A DNA stretch of 63,680 nucleotides, counting the filler, from Choristocarpus tenellus KU-1152 (Eukaryota > Protista > Phaeophyceae): the NCBI GenBank assembly GCA_964200185.2. It is 11 parts of 11 records of this genome, joined end to end, with 100 filler letters (N's around TTAATTAATTAA, not from the genome) between each part and the next. Parts side by side here need not be neighbours in the genome. Positions count along the whole stretch, not along the records: positions 9,877 to 22,856 come from CAXNAD020001622.1; positions 22,957 to 32,066 come from CAXNAD020003974.1; 9 more parts are not named here. The stretch is one strand, 5' to 3'. The notes beneath the pieces are model-generated. The model had not been told where the DNA came from. It saw nothing but the letters and a program-made list of their open reading frames with translations, and made no database searches. Made by a program: the position numbers and the translations under genes. Positions within the stretch are counted from its first letter, which is position 1. Each line of letters opens with the position of its first letter. This document shows, piece after piece, positions 13,001 through 26,025 of the stretch.

Positions 13001-14967
13001 CTTTGTGGGCATTGCTCGGTCGGGATCCGTAAGAGTAGGAAATCATTTAGGGGTAGATGTAGTTAAGTTATATTCATTAAAGAACTGGGTGATTTATTGC
13101 ATGTATTTGTAGTAAGCTTCAACATTATAGACCCAAAGTATCTGGGAGGGGGGGACAAGAAAGTCAAAACATAAAGGGGGACAAGAGAGATCTAAAGGGT
13201 ACAAGGTTGTCTGAATATCAGCTACAGCAATGCAAGCACTAGTTTTTTTAATCTTTCCACTGAGGTTTGCCAGAAGCAGGCAAAGAACTTGTTCATCAAC
13301 GAATGAGCACAGTCAAGTGCAGAGTTTAATACAGTTTCATATAGGTGTAGTCGGTGGAACGGTATGACTAGAACGAAACACTTGACGATTATATGTAATC
13401 ACTTTTTACTCACGATTAAAGTATTGTAACATCATACCCTTGTGGGGACGAACCAGTTTCCTAGTTGGTGAAATTGGAATATTTCCAGACTAGTAGGCGG
13501 TCAGCTAACTGAAGGAACTGTATTAGTCGAATGTGCTAGATGCTTATCTTTTCATGAACAATTGCTGTGGGAGTAGTTAATAAATCAAGTGAGTGCCGAG
13601 AGTTTGTAACTAGGAAAAGGAATCGATCATGTAAGGCTGCAGCAAAAGTTATTTTTCTATTTACCCATCTGAAATCCCCTTGATACTCAGGTTATAGAGT
13701 TTGTGGTTATGATTAAGTGGCACCAATGCTGATTTTTCGTTTATCCTGTGTTTCCACACCTGCCCCCTTCTATCCCTACAGCAATTAGCTTTGCATGGGC
13801 TAGGCTAGTAAATTCTGCCTTGTTCATTGCTGTGGGTCCATGGATGATTTGGATGTTCTATCAAGCCCGCTATGTCCTGGACATAAGGACGAGGTCAGAT
13901 TAATATCTACAAATAGGGACATAAATAAGTGCTTGGGAGTAATTGGATTCAAAAGGATAACAAATCTACTTGGGATATATGCTTGAATGAGAAGGGAGGG
14001 GAATATTAGTTGTAAGTGATAAGAATAGGGTCATGCGCATATTGACTGATTTCCTTGGGAGGGTTATAAAATATGATGGCTTTCATGTTGACCTACAGTA
14101 TCGTCATGTTGTCTGCCTGCAAAGTTAGACTTTTTTTATGTAACCTTGTCGGCATGTTGTACCTCTTTTCCTCCTTTCCGTTTGAGGTGTTTATCAGTCA
14201 TGAAGAGGGTGGTACTTAACGAGGAAAGGCCCCTCGTGTCTTTGGCGTATCCAAACATTCACAAGATACAACGCACTTTCACACTCACTTGCGAGCACAC
14301 ACATAGTCACTATTGACATGGATGTTCCATTTTTTTATTACACTTTTCTCTCCTACATTCAACATGCCTGAGCCTGCGCAGGTCTGCTAGTTTGGTTGTA
14401 CTTCTAGGGCTTGGGTTGACGGTCTTCTTTCTTGTCTTTGCCAATGCTGCCTGGCGCATAGTACGGGGAACATCTCTCCTGGGTCACTGGTGGGAAAACT
14501 CTGTGAGTTAGTGCCCTTACACAAAGGATTTAAGTTGTGCGGGGTTGCACTGAGAATGTAAAGGATAAGGGGGTATTGTCATAACTCTATCACAGATATA
14601 CATATATTGCTTACATTTAGAAATATCTTTGTGAAAAACATAGGTCAAGGAACAAGCCTTCTGGTGCCTTGTACCTCTCAAAGCACAAAGTGGCACTGCC
14701 AGTGTCGGGGTTATAGTGGCTCTGATAGGAGTGGTATAGTGGTTTGAGGCTCTGGTGGATCCAATATATTGCTATGAATGCTGAGATGTATCGCATAAGG
14801 CACAAGCAGCGCTAAAAGACGCCTTTTGTGATCACCTTGTATATCCAATATTTCCGGTCTCAATTTTATGAAGCAGGTTTTTAATTATTTTCATTCAGGC
14901 CACCGACACTGTCCTTTGTTACACAGTAGAAATCCTTATTTGTTACACAATATCATTGCACACATAG
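10041..14967 (+). CDS. Partial multi-exon gene for an unidentified membrane protein
   Basis: Phase-compatible exons 13782-13893 (ISFAWARLVNSALFIAVGPWMIWMFYQARYVLDIRT) and 14382-14502 (SASLVVLLGLGLTVFFLVFANAAWRIV...). Candidate exons at 10041-10077, 10259-10320 and 14899-14967. The link between 10320 and 13782 is not resolved. Confidence 0.45.
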
Positions 14968-15002
14968 GTATTGGATGGGCCTTGCATAGACCGTACACAC
15001 TT

Positions 15003-15187
15003 GGCTCAAAGTATCTGGGGGGGTGGGGGATGGCCGTTGTCCATTTGGGACCCATATTTCCATGTTGCGATTTTTGTGTGATTTGGTTACATGCACCAGA
15101 TGGATAATGTAAGTTCACATCTCCTGGTCATGGGCAGGATGGACACCATGGTGTAGACCTCCCCCCCCTCCCCAGATACGTTGAACC
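15003..15187 (+). mobile_element. MITE family B (~185 bp), TSD ACTT
   Basis: Termini GGCTCAAAGTATCTGGGG...CCCCAGATACGTTGAACC, with ACTT on both flanks. Confidence 0.9.
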
Positions 15188-15977
15188 ACTTATTGTTGTA
15201 GCTGTTAACTATCAACAAGTACAGTAGGAAAACTAATATATATATATATATTGCATCTGCCTTCTGGACATCCGCACACAAGTATGCACAGGCCTTGATC
15301 GGGTAGGTCACCACTCCCAACCAGGGAAGCAACAAAAAAATTTCCTAACCCTTGATGTGGCTACATGGAAACCCTGTCATTGTGACCGGATAGGTTGTCA
15401 CTATTTTCTAGGGAAACAACAGTGGGCCACGTAAACCTCTAGCCCTTTGTATGGCCAGGAAATATATGAACTTCAATTCATACTTGAGAGCCATACGCTA
15501 CTGTTGTTAGTGCCCTCGTTATTGGAATTAGAGTCGGTGATCATGCCGCATTTATATACCACAATAATTCGCTTTCTTCAGTATTCGAGTATGAATTGGT
15601 TGTCAGGGTTGGAGATATTGACTTGTCTCCAAACCGAAGTGGTCTCTTGAAGAACTCTGTTGGATTTTTGTTGAGACATGCGTACATGAAAAGTGCTATC
15701 ATTGTTCATGCTGAATTTCACGCTGTACTTGTTATAGTGTCCTATGAATTTGAATTTAGGGTTAAGGTTAGTGCTATATTTGTAGCAAGCCACAAAGGAT
15801 ATCACATCACCACTTTTTTTGATCTTTTCTCTAACCCTTGGTATTGATGCAAACATGTCGGAGTTCATCCTGCACTGTAAACCGCAATGCATGTATTTCA
15901 ATGCCATGTGTGTATGACTCTGTTGTTCGGGTTTTGGTGAAAACATATTGACCTACTTTTCACATAGAAAAGTAAAA

Positions 15978-16233
15978 AAGTGAAAGTATCTTAGAGGGTA
16001 CGAGTTTTGGCCTGTTTGTCCATTTGGGGCTTGACTTCCCATAGTTTTTTTTATGACATTTTCCTACTCCAAAATGTTTCAGAGTAGTTAAAATGTATGC
16101 AATATGAAAAGGTGTGTCCAGAACATGGATATTGACACTTCCTAACACGATGGACAAAATTACATCAAAATCGCAACATTGGAGTTTGGCCCCCAAATTG
16201 ACGCGGCTCTACCGTCTAAAGATACTTTGGCTC
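15978..16233 (+). mobile_element. MITE family A (~255 bp)
   Basis: Termini AAGTGAAAGTATCTTAGAGGGTA...TACCGTCTAAAGATACTTTGGCTC. Collinear with the copies at 19327, 25770 and 61270. Confidence 0.9.
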
Positions 16234-16393
16234 TAAATTATCCTATAGGATAGCGCTGCGTCCTAATTTCGGCTACCGTGTTTGTTAGGAGGTGTCAATA
16301 TCCTTGTTCCGGACACACCTTTTCATAACGTATACATTTTACCTTCTCCAAAACATTTCAGAGTAGGTAAAATGTCATTAAAAACCCATGAGA

Positions 16394-16578
16394 GGCTCAA
16401 AGCATCTGGGGGGGGGGGCTGGCGGCTGTCCATTTGGGAAAAATTTTCATGTCGCAACTTTAGGGTGATTTGGTTGCATACTTCGGATGGATAATGTAAA
16501 AATGCTTTTCCCGCTTTTGGCCCAAATGGACACCCTGGTGTAGACCCCTCCCCAACTCCCCCCAAGATACTTCTGGTC
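16394..16578 (+). mobile_element. MITE family B nested in a family A copy
   Basis: Collinear with 15003-15187 and 60271-60453. The TSD is degenerate. Confidence 0.85.
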
Positions 16579-19326
16579 GGAAGCCAAGCCCCGAAAAGGC
16601 AAACTGTGCAGAGCTCGTACTCTCTAAGATACTTTCTCTCAGGAGGGATAATGTGCCACTGACATAAGCAGTCTCCTTCCTAAAATCATTTCATGCCTAA
16701 GAGATGTGCTAGTGCAAATTTCGATTCCTGTCGATACTGTACTTGTAAACCACAACCTGCTTTTCCTTGTGTCCTTTTGTATAGTCATTTCTTGTTCTCA
16801 AAATTGGAGAATTCCTCACAGAGATAATGGTGCAATTATATGGCATTAAGGTTTGTCGCCTCTTCAATGAAGAAGTCTCGGATTTGCTTTGGAGATGTAC
16901 TAGGGCAAACTCTGATATGTATGTTCTTGACATGTTGTTGTACGAGTGCTCCGTTTAGTCCCTTACCCCCTCTCTTGCAAACATTGACTAGTCACAGGAT
17001 ACTGAAGCAAGTACATAGTGGCAAATAAATATGGGGTAAACAGCCGTTTATATTTTCATGCTTATATTTCCCAGGCACATCAAGATTCTTCTTTATAGAT
17101 AGACCACAGACATTAATTGCACACGGCAAATTTTTATTCTAAGCAAAATTGGTCAATACCCCTAGTCCGAACAACAAATTTGTTCTCCCACAGTGTTGAA
17201 GTTAATGTGATGTGCTTCACAAAATTACAACATCGACAGCAATAACAAGTAGCATTTATAAATGTATTGGGCACACCAAGGGTTAAGAAAGGTAGACGAT
17301 ATTGATGGGACATTAATCTTCCTGTGTGGAATGTAGTAATCTCTTCCCCCCCCCCCCCCCCCCCCCCCCCCCCCACACACCCCACAAAACCAAACGAGAG
17401 CANNNNNNNNNNGGCCAAAAAAGGTTAAAAAAAAGAAAGAAATTTTTTGGGGAATTTATTTTCTCTTTGGGAAATTAATAAATCCCTCCCCCCCCCCCCC
17501 CCCCCCCCGGCAAACTCATAATGTGCACACAAACGTGGAATGCTTGAACAATGAACAATTACACTCTTGTTCTTCAAATACAGGGTGAAGAGTCGTAATG
17601 TTATAAATATTTTCCTTATAGGCAAACCCAGTGTTCTTAACGACATAAAATATTGACATATTGAGAATCTTGGTCAGTGGAAAGTAGGTGAATACCCCGG
17701 AACTCTATCAACATATTCATACGCACACAACTCTGAAGAAATTAAGGGAGTCAAGGTAAACAAGAGGTATTCAGTTTTTTCTGTTGTGCATTTCACCTCT
17801 GTTTTTCAGTCTTTTGCAATTCACCCATATAGATCTATGAATCAAGTTCTAAGTATGACATGAAAGCATTGATTTCTCTACTATTCAATGATTTTGGACA
17901 GAATTTAAACAGTGGAATTTTTCACTTATTTGTCCGCACCCTCAGAATGCAACCCTTGGTACCTCGCTTAGTTTGTCTCAGGGGGCATTGTGGTTTGCAA
18001 ATAGAGCATGGCCAATAATTCCAGTTCCATCTCTAAATGTTCTACGCACTAAGTTATGTGAACAATACCACTGAATCTGTAAATATTGGCATAAGCTCCT
18101 TTTTTTATAAGAGTTTGACAAGTACAAATCTTTTTAAAGAGCTAGCAAAACTCGTTGCTGTTTCTTTGCTGGTGATGATGTCATGCACAGTCATGACAAG
18201 AAGTGTATGTGTCATTCACGACAAGGCTTACGGGTAGATTTGTATGTTGAGTATTACCTTTAATATGGCCGCTGCAATGCGAGGGATCCTCTCCACAATG
18301 TGCACGTCAAGCATCTGTAGCAATATATGGCGACACACATGGTCCCCATCATGCAACACAACGTTCACACTTAGTAACGTCGTGCAGTATGCAGTATTTT
18401 GATTTGTAGCGTGAAAAGGTGTTCAGGACCTTGATGAGAGGAATCTCAATCCCTTTATTTTTTTGGATTGATTCTGAATGAAGTGGCATTTCATAGCGCT
18501 AGTCGCGCGATCTATTCACCTTTCCACAATCCTACCCAAAGGCATCGTTTGGAGGCACTTATCTTTGCTTGTACCCAATGCAACATGCATCAAACATCGA
18601 TATACTGATGTCCCACCAGGGCAGGGTAGTCACATGATTATCTACTCACCAGTTGCATCTCAATGTTAAACAGCAGGCAAGTACCTAGCTGAGATAGTCG
18701 AAGTAGTTGTCTCACTTGATACCCTCAGCAACCAATGTCCAATGGGCAGTCTGGCACGGTCTGCCCCTCTGTTTCCACCCATTGTACCAAGTGCGATGAA
18801 GCCCTTCTCAGGGTGTGAGTTCAGGGTGTCCTTCGGTTTCTACAAGGTCGCATGAGGATAAGGACTTCCATTGTATGGAAAGCATTAAGATGAGGATGAA
18901 GGATTCACGCTCTAAACCAGCACAACTACAGGAACTTAGGTGGCCGTGTATCTTCGCTCCTTCTACGTTCCTGTGTGTGTCTGTGACTCACAAGTTCATG
19001 TGTTAAAGGTGGTCTTTGTTGCTTTCCTGGGTGTCCCTTGCTTCAAAATCCTCTTTTTTACTGCACTTCAAATCCCAATGATACCTTTTCATTTTGTCTT
19101 GAGCGTTTCACCTCTCTAGAGAATCTCATGCACTCGGACAAACATGTTGTGGCATGTTATCAAGCAATAATTCCGCTAAGTGCTTATGTGTCACTTGCAA
19201 CAATTATAGTAGCCTGGTGCCGACGTTCTGTGGTCAGTATGGTGCACTCCCCCTGGGGGCTGTGCTTGGGGCAAGAAGACGAGGAAAACATCCACTGCAA
19301 AGCAGCCACGATGCCCTGGCAGCACT

Positions 19327-19586
19327 GAGTGAAATCATCTCAGAGGGTGCAAGTTTTGCCATGTTTGTCCATTTGGGAATTGGCCTCCCACGGGTTTTTT
19401 TATGACATTTTCCTACTCCAAAATGTTCCGGATTAGGGAAAATGTATACGTTATGAAAAGGTGTGTCTGGAACAAGGATATTGACATCTTTTAACAAACA
19501 TTATATAGCCAAAATTACATCAAAATTGCAACATTGGATTTTGGCCCCAAATGGACGCGGCTCTACCCTCTAAGATACTTTGTCTC
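19327..19586 (+). mobile_element. MITE family A
   Basis: Termini GAGTGAAATCATCTCAGAGGG...CCCTCTAAGATACTTTGTCTC. The flanks share ACT. Confidence 0.9.
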
Positions 19587-20500
19587 ACTAGGAGGAAGTA
19601 CACAGGAGGGGGGAGGGTATGGTCTTTGCCTTCAGAAGAGAGGAGAGAAAAAGCTCCACCAGCTAGGAGACAAGGTGCTCCATCAGGGCCAGGAGGACAG
19701 GCAAGGGAGGAAGTTGTGCCTGGATAGAGGGGGTGAGCTATTTAAGTGGGGTTCTGTCTCTGCCTGTGCAAAATTAGATTATGGAGCTAAACGTACATGT
19801 GTACATATAGGGTCCGTGCGTAACCTTGACCGTGAATATGGCCAACAGGGAATCCATTTCAAGGATGGTGTAGCAGGCAATAGCCTTGCCAGACAGCAAT
19901 AAAGGAGATCACATTCTGAGCAACCACACCCTTCACAATGTTTATCAACAAATGTTTTACAAATTGTTGCTAAACCTAAAGGGTAAAAGGAGGCATCCGA
20001 CTGTTTTTACAAATATACCTTCATGTGTAGCAATAGCGACTACAATCATGTCTTCGTTGTTGAAAAAAGTTATTAAATCGCAATTTTTTATAGGGGAGTG
20101 GGATAGAACATTCTTGAGATATGTGAAGACCCATACAAGCGATTGTGGAGGACACCCAAACGAGATTAATGTGGTTGGGTAGCAGTTCCCTGGGTATCTG
20201 TGTGGGTGGCCAACCAGCCTAGAGTCATTTTTTTTATGGTTGTACACCACTCAATAGTGCAACCATATCTCACTCGAAATATTAGAAAACTGGAGATAGA
20301 AGAACTGTAATTTGTTTTGAAAGATTATTTTATATTCACTGAGTATCTTATTTTTCAAATCTCTTCAAGTATACCTAGAACGTGAAGAGATGGAAGGGAA
20401 GGAAGGAGGTATGGCATCATACCAAGTAGATGGGAAGGGGAGCAATATTTCAATAGTTTCAGATATCCATCCCTTTGCCTTATTAGAGTATGAAATCTTA

Positions 20501-21188
20501 CTACCTCCGTGCCGTAAGTCTGTGCCGCGTCGTCCATAACGTTTGAAGATGTTGATAAAATCCATTTCTGAAAGAAGATTTGGAATCCTTGACGAATTTC
20601 TGGTTAGGGCAAGCTCTTTCTGGGTACTATTATTACTCCCCATCCATCATAATTTTATCAGCCACAGAAAAAAACTCCATGTCTACCTTCAGTGTGTTTT
20701 CAAGCTCACCAGACAACTGCCTCTTCCTTACCCCTATGTGCTCCACACTAAAGCCATTCTCCCCTTTGAATCTAAGCACTTGATTGTACACCACAAAAAG
20801 GAGCTGACACGCCCTCTCAAGTGTGTTTTCTTCATACTCCTCATACTGTTTCTTAACCTTCACCATCTCCTTGATGGACCCAAACCGCTCCCCCATCACC
20901 CGGCATTTCAAAGACCTGAAGAAGTACATGTCCATGATATTGAGGTTGGGGGAGTTAGATTGCTGCATCAGAAGTCTAATCGACCGACCCTCAGTCTTCC
21001 CTGCCCGTGTGTGGGGTGGCACCGTCTTGCTGAATGACAACGTGCTTCCCCTGCAACCAAGGCATCTTGGTCTTGATTTGCAGGCAGTAACTCCTCCATG
21101 CACCACTTCCTGTACCACAAATGATGTAAAGTACAGTCTTGCTCATATACATCCTCCTTTTTATGGTTCTTTCTTGTCCTGTCTATGA
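20501..21188 (-). mobile_element. Decayed plant-type (DD39D-group) mariner transposase with its 3' TIR
   Basis: Frameshifted pieces MEELLPA / IKTKMPWLQGKHVVIQQDGATPHTG / QQSNSPNLNIMDMYFFRSL...KGENGFSVEH. TA+CTACCTCCGT at 20499-20510 resembles the Stowaway/plant-mariner terminus CTCCCTCCGT. Confidence 0.85.
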
Positions 21189-21780
21189 GTGAGAGCTGTA
21201 GCCCGTGATTCACATGCTCCAAGTCATGTCCACTGGAGAGCTGTGACCCAGATCCCCAAGTACCTCAAAGGAACACGAGAATTGGGCTTAACCTACGAGA
21301 AAGGAGCAGGACAAAAATTAGTGCCCGATGCTGATGTAGACTTCGCCAATGAGTCTATTGACGCACGTTCTGTATCAGGGGAGGTAGTTATGTGTGTGGG
21401 GGGAGCAGTAGCCTGGTCCTCTAAGTCACAGTGTATCATTGCACAGTCTTCTGCAGAGGCTGAGTACATAGCCATGGGGGACTGTATGAAGGAGTTGTCG
21501 TTTTTGAGGGAGGTGTTGGAATTTGTTCGGCCTCATGTTTATGGATCATGTGGTTTATGACAAGAGCACAGGGGCCGTCCATTTGGCAAACAACCCTTTT
21601 AAGTTCTGGCAGAACCAAGCACATAGATGTGCAACACCATTTCCTGAGGGACTTGGTCACAAATGAGCAAATACAGATCATTCATGTTAGCTCAGTTGAG
21701 CAGCATGCAGATTTGCTGACCAAGCCTCTAGCAGAGGAAACGTTTTGGAGGCATGCAGGGGCTTTGCTGAATTTAGACTA
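21189..21780 (+). mobile_element. Ty1/copia pol remnant (end of RT plus RNase H), frameshifted
   Basis: HWRAVTQIPKYLKGT, DADVDFA..ARSVSG, WSSKSQCIIAQSSAEAEYIA, RTKHIDVQHHFLRD, QHADLLTKPL. Confidence 0.95.
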
Positions 21781-23299
21781 TGTTTACTGGTTTATGTTTC
21801 GTTGGATTTTGAATTCTTCTTGTTCGTTTGGATTTTCTTCTTCAGTGAGTTCAGTACCAAGTTACCGGGGATACTTCAACAGTTTTTGGAATATCTTCCA
21901 ATATTCACTGTTCGAGATGTATTTCATATTTAGTCCAGTGATTTTTTTGGCATGAGAGAACACGTTTTTATGGACGCGTCTTGGATGTTGGAAATTACAT
22001 TGTTTAGGACAATCTTAGTCAATTTACACAGTTTTCAAAAATGTGTCGCAATGATCCACCACCGTATTTAATAAACACCTTTGTGAAGTATCATTGCATA
22101 ATTTCTATGTTTTTATTACATGTATATGTGACAAAGTATATAGGGAGGGGTGGCGGCTGTACATTTGAGGTCCTTTTTTGTAAGTCGCAATTTTTGGTCA
22201 ATTTGGTTGCATACGTCGGATGGATAATATATTCAATCTACGCGCAGTTATATAGCCTCGTGTCCTTGTCGTCAGGAAGTATGGAAAAATACACTGTGAA
22301 GCATAAATGACTGGAAAGGAAAAGATACTGAACGTAGGCCTTGGTAAAGTGCTTGGAAACTGTAAACTGTTTATAGTGCCTGTAATCGGTTTGGAAAGTG
22401 TTTATAAAGTCTTTGTAAAATGTAAGGTTGGGGGTCTGAACCTTGCGTTCAACACCCTTTGTATTTCTTAGATTTGCAGGACCTGTGTAAGGGTATTCCA
22501 CTGTACTGACGATTCTGAGTGGTCCGTACACACCCAATAACACTGTGAATGTGCATAACCCATCATATCTAAACTGCACGAAAATAGTAGTCGGAGACTA
22601 TGTCCAAGGTACAGTGACCCTGTAAACGAACAAAAAAAATATGACCCGTACTTCAAGCTCAACCAGACACCAAAAATGCTCTATCTCAACTAATGGGCTT
22701 GTTGAAAGTCGCACTTTTCGCCGTTCTTCCACCAGTCTACTAGCTTGGAATAAGCCTTAGTGAGTCTATGCCATAGATTCATAGTTGTGGAATACCTTTC
22801 GCTCCATGTCTCTGCCTTCACCAAGCTGAGACCCAAAGTATCTGGGGGGGGTGGGGNNNNNNNNNNNNNNNNNNNNNNNNNNNNNNNNNNNNNNNNNNNN
22901 TTAATTAATTAANNNNNNNNNNNNNNNNNNNNNNNNNNNNNNNNNNNNNNNNNNNNGTAGGGACCTGATATTGGATCATCAGTTGATATATCACATATGG
23001 CACGTATGATAAGTAGATATGATTATTTTCTGATTATCCATGTGGACGTTGCAAATCCCAGATGATAGTTTGCACTGGTCTTACCAACGTTCTCAGTCAG
23101 CGGAATCGAGACCACAAGCCTTTTGTAGTATTAACTTTGTTCATCTACATCAAGCTGTTCTTTGTCCTTCTTTAAAGCACCATACAAGCCGCGGGTCCAG
23201 TGTGGGATAATTCAACAAAATCAAGTACCGTGTGACACTCAGTGCGATGTAAGGTGAAGAGAAAGTATGTATACAGTGGCGCAGCAGAATGATCAAATT

Positions 23300-24325
23300 G
23301 CGAAAAAGACCACGTGGCCGCGGCAACGATGCCGAGAAAGATGCATTGAAAGCATTACCACACAAACGTGGTTGGATCTTCAACCGATGTGGACCACTGC
23401 TCCGCAGTCTCTGCCGCCTCGGGAAAGCAGAAAGAGAGAAGCGAGTGCATCACCAGGTGGTACAGTGACGAAGTCTGTGGGGGAGCCTGATCATGGCGGG
23501 CGACGGGAGAACCAGGGTGGCCGACCAAAGGGAAGGTTGGGGAGGAGAGCAGTGTGACTGCGTGCCATTGCGCTCAGGAATGCCTAAGCGAAAAACTGGG
23601 TGTAGAATATCTTAGTAGTTGACAGTTGCAGCAGGCCCTGGCTGTTTGGAATCTATGCGAGCCAGAGTGGCTTAATGAAACGGGAAAGAAGGTGTTAGGG
23701 TTAGGCTAAAAGGGCTCTGAAGCCCGAAAGAAGGTCGAAAGGGCTCGCAAGGTGGAGGAGAAAGCGATCGTAACACTTGCAGCCGTGGAGATGTTTCGCT
23801 ACCACCAAATCCTTTACTTCAAAGAGGTCACAAAGCGGGTGGAGGTAGCCATCGATGAGGATGCCAGGGAAGAAGAGAAGGTGAGATTGAGACATATTGG
23901 TGGTATGGTGTGAAAGGTATTGCAAGATGCCGTACATTCACTTTTGTTCCTGAGCTTAGGGTTGGACGTATAAAGTTGGTTAAGGATTACTTCCCATCTA
24001 TTATTCATTCTATTCGGTTAAAAGGGGTATTCCTAATGCTCCTAAAGTATCACTGTGAGCTCAACCCCATTGAGCTCGTGTGGGGTCGAGCAAAGCACTG
24101 GCTATGACAGCATTGTACCTATTCTTTGGACAGACTCCGAAAAGACGCTCCTTTGAGCTTGAAACCAGCTAAGGATAGGCAGACTGTTTGGCCCATGTAG
24201 AAGTACTGCAAGAAGGCGTACACGCACGATCTTGTCTACTTCAAGACAGCTGGCCCTGGACCAAAAGCCGACAAGGAGTACAAGAGGTACAAGTCTCATA
24301 GGTGCCCAGCACATTCGGATTTCCT
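23300..24325 (+). mobile_element. Decayed IS630/Tc1-like (DDE_3) transposase with long inter-catalytic insertion
   Basis: DALKA (~23340), GRPKG (~23520), [21 protein letters not shown] (~24040-24104) and YKRYKSHR (~24280-24302), with stops and frameshifts. Confidence 0.8.
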
Positions 24326-25769
24326 GGTGGCAGATGGAGACAAGAATTACATCTACACTCAGTACTCATTCCCCGATCGTTTGTTTGGTTGGCGTTTAGG
24401 GTTAGACCTAACCAGGTATACTTTACACAAGTAATAATACATCTGTTCCACATTTGGTGACCTACAATCCAGGGTTCGAACCCCAATATGAGCCCCCTTT
24501 CTTGAAAAAAATAGAAGGGCCTTGTGACAGGCATCACGAATATGCAGCTATTTTTTTAATCCGATTTCTACATCACAAGTTATGACGGGACAACCCAGAC
24601 CCATAACCTATTGGTACCACTCTATCAGTAATTCATCAAGCATAACTCGAAGACGAAGCAAATTGGAAAGGCTTGTATACCGGATTTGATACCTGCTATT
24701 CCTTGATCGCTAATGTTGTCTTGCGAGTGCAAACGATCCGAATGTTGTTTCGATACCATGTATGGAAGCCTAGTGGTGCGCATTTTGGAGCTGAACTGGT
24801 GGAGAATGTATTGCGAGCACTTTTCTTTGTCATTGGTGACTTTCCCACCAACATCAAACACGGAAAAGTCCTAAGAATTCTCAGACCGCTTGCTGTTGAC
24901 GATCACAAGGACGAGACGTCACCCATCGGATCCAAGACTTATCTCAACTTCTCCTAAGATTTGATGGCTCAGAGAGCTTTGGATTTGCTAGAAGCACCCC
25001 CACCTTGACAAAACCAGCGATTCTAAACGCCCCCCACGACTGATTGGACCCTGCCTCACGATACCTCTTTCATTTTGAAGACGTCTCAGCGAAAAACCAA
25101 AACTATAACGCAAGGACTGATGTAAAAAGTAGATGACCCTATCATTTCAACACTGAATAACCCAGAATTTGGCGAGAAGAAGCAAAACCCCATGTTATGG
25201 TCGGTAGGAGCACCGATTTTGAGAGCGCTTTCTACATGCTCAACTAAAAAAAAAATCCTGTCACTGACTAAGTTGGTCATACCGGCTGTCGTGCCCTTAA
25301 TTGCACAAATATTTAGAAGCCGGATCGTTTGACTTTGCTTGTACCCAATGGTACATGTAGGGCAGGCGAGCATCCCTAGAGATGTTCGAATTGATTTGCA
25401 CTCAGTACCCTCAGCAATCAATACTGTTCGTTAGCAACCTGGAATTGTTTGACACTCTGTTTGCACTAATTGTTTCCAGCAAAATCATGTCCCTCAAAAG
25501 ATGACGTGGAGTTTGCAGGCAATACTTCTGATGAACCCTGTTTATTTCCAACCTGCTTCCTGCCACTATAAGTTGACAATGTGACGTTGCCATTCAAGGT
25601 GTATGTGGGTGTATGGGGGTAAGGACTTCTTTTCGTCAGACCTCCCAATGTGTGGAAAGCGTAGGTGATGGGAGCTGTGAAATCTACACCGTAGTCAACA
25701 CAACTAAAGGATCGAGATGGGAATGCAGTTTATTAGTACACTCAGACGAATATGTTGCGATGATCCTCT

Positions 25770-26025
25770 GAGTCAAATTATCTTAGGGAGTAGAGCCGCG
25801 TCCGTTTGGGGGCAAAAATCCAATGTTCCGATTTTGATGTAATTTCTACTTTGGTCTTTTTTAGGAAGTGTGAATATCCTTGTTCCGGACACACCTTTTC
25901 ATAACTTACACATTTTACTTTCTCCGAAACTTTTCAGAGTAGGAAAATGTCATAAAAACCCCATGGGACGCCAAGTGTCAAACGCAAACAGAGCAAACCT
26001 CGTACCCTCTAAGGTACTTTCATTT
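25770..26025 (-). mobile_element. MITE family A (reverse orientation)
   Basis: Reverse complement of 15978-16233 and 61270-61528, with both TIRs. Confidence 0.9.

Larger units (their letters stand above)
15970..16640 (-). mobile_element. MITE family A host copy, interrupted by an A copy and a B copy
   Basis: 16234-16393 plus 16579-16640 reconstitute a family A element in the same orientation as 25770-26025. Confidence 0.75.

Noticed and set aside
10880-13050. Possible decayed retroelement or viral insert
   Set aside because: It looks like degraded coding DNA, but I could not identify any diagnostic motif.
14617-14805. Actin-like snippet LCFERYKAPEGLF
   Set aside because: It is a short isolated match on the strand opposite the membrane-protein exons, with no other actin/ARP exons nearby.
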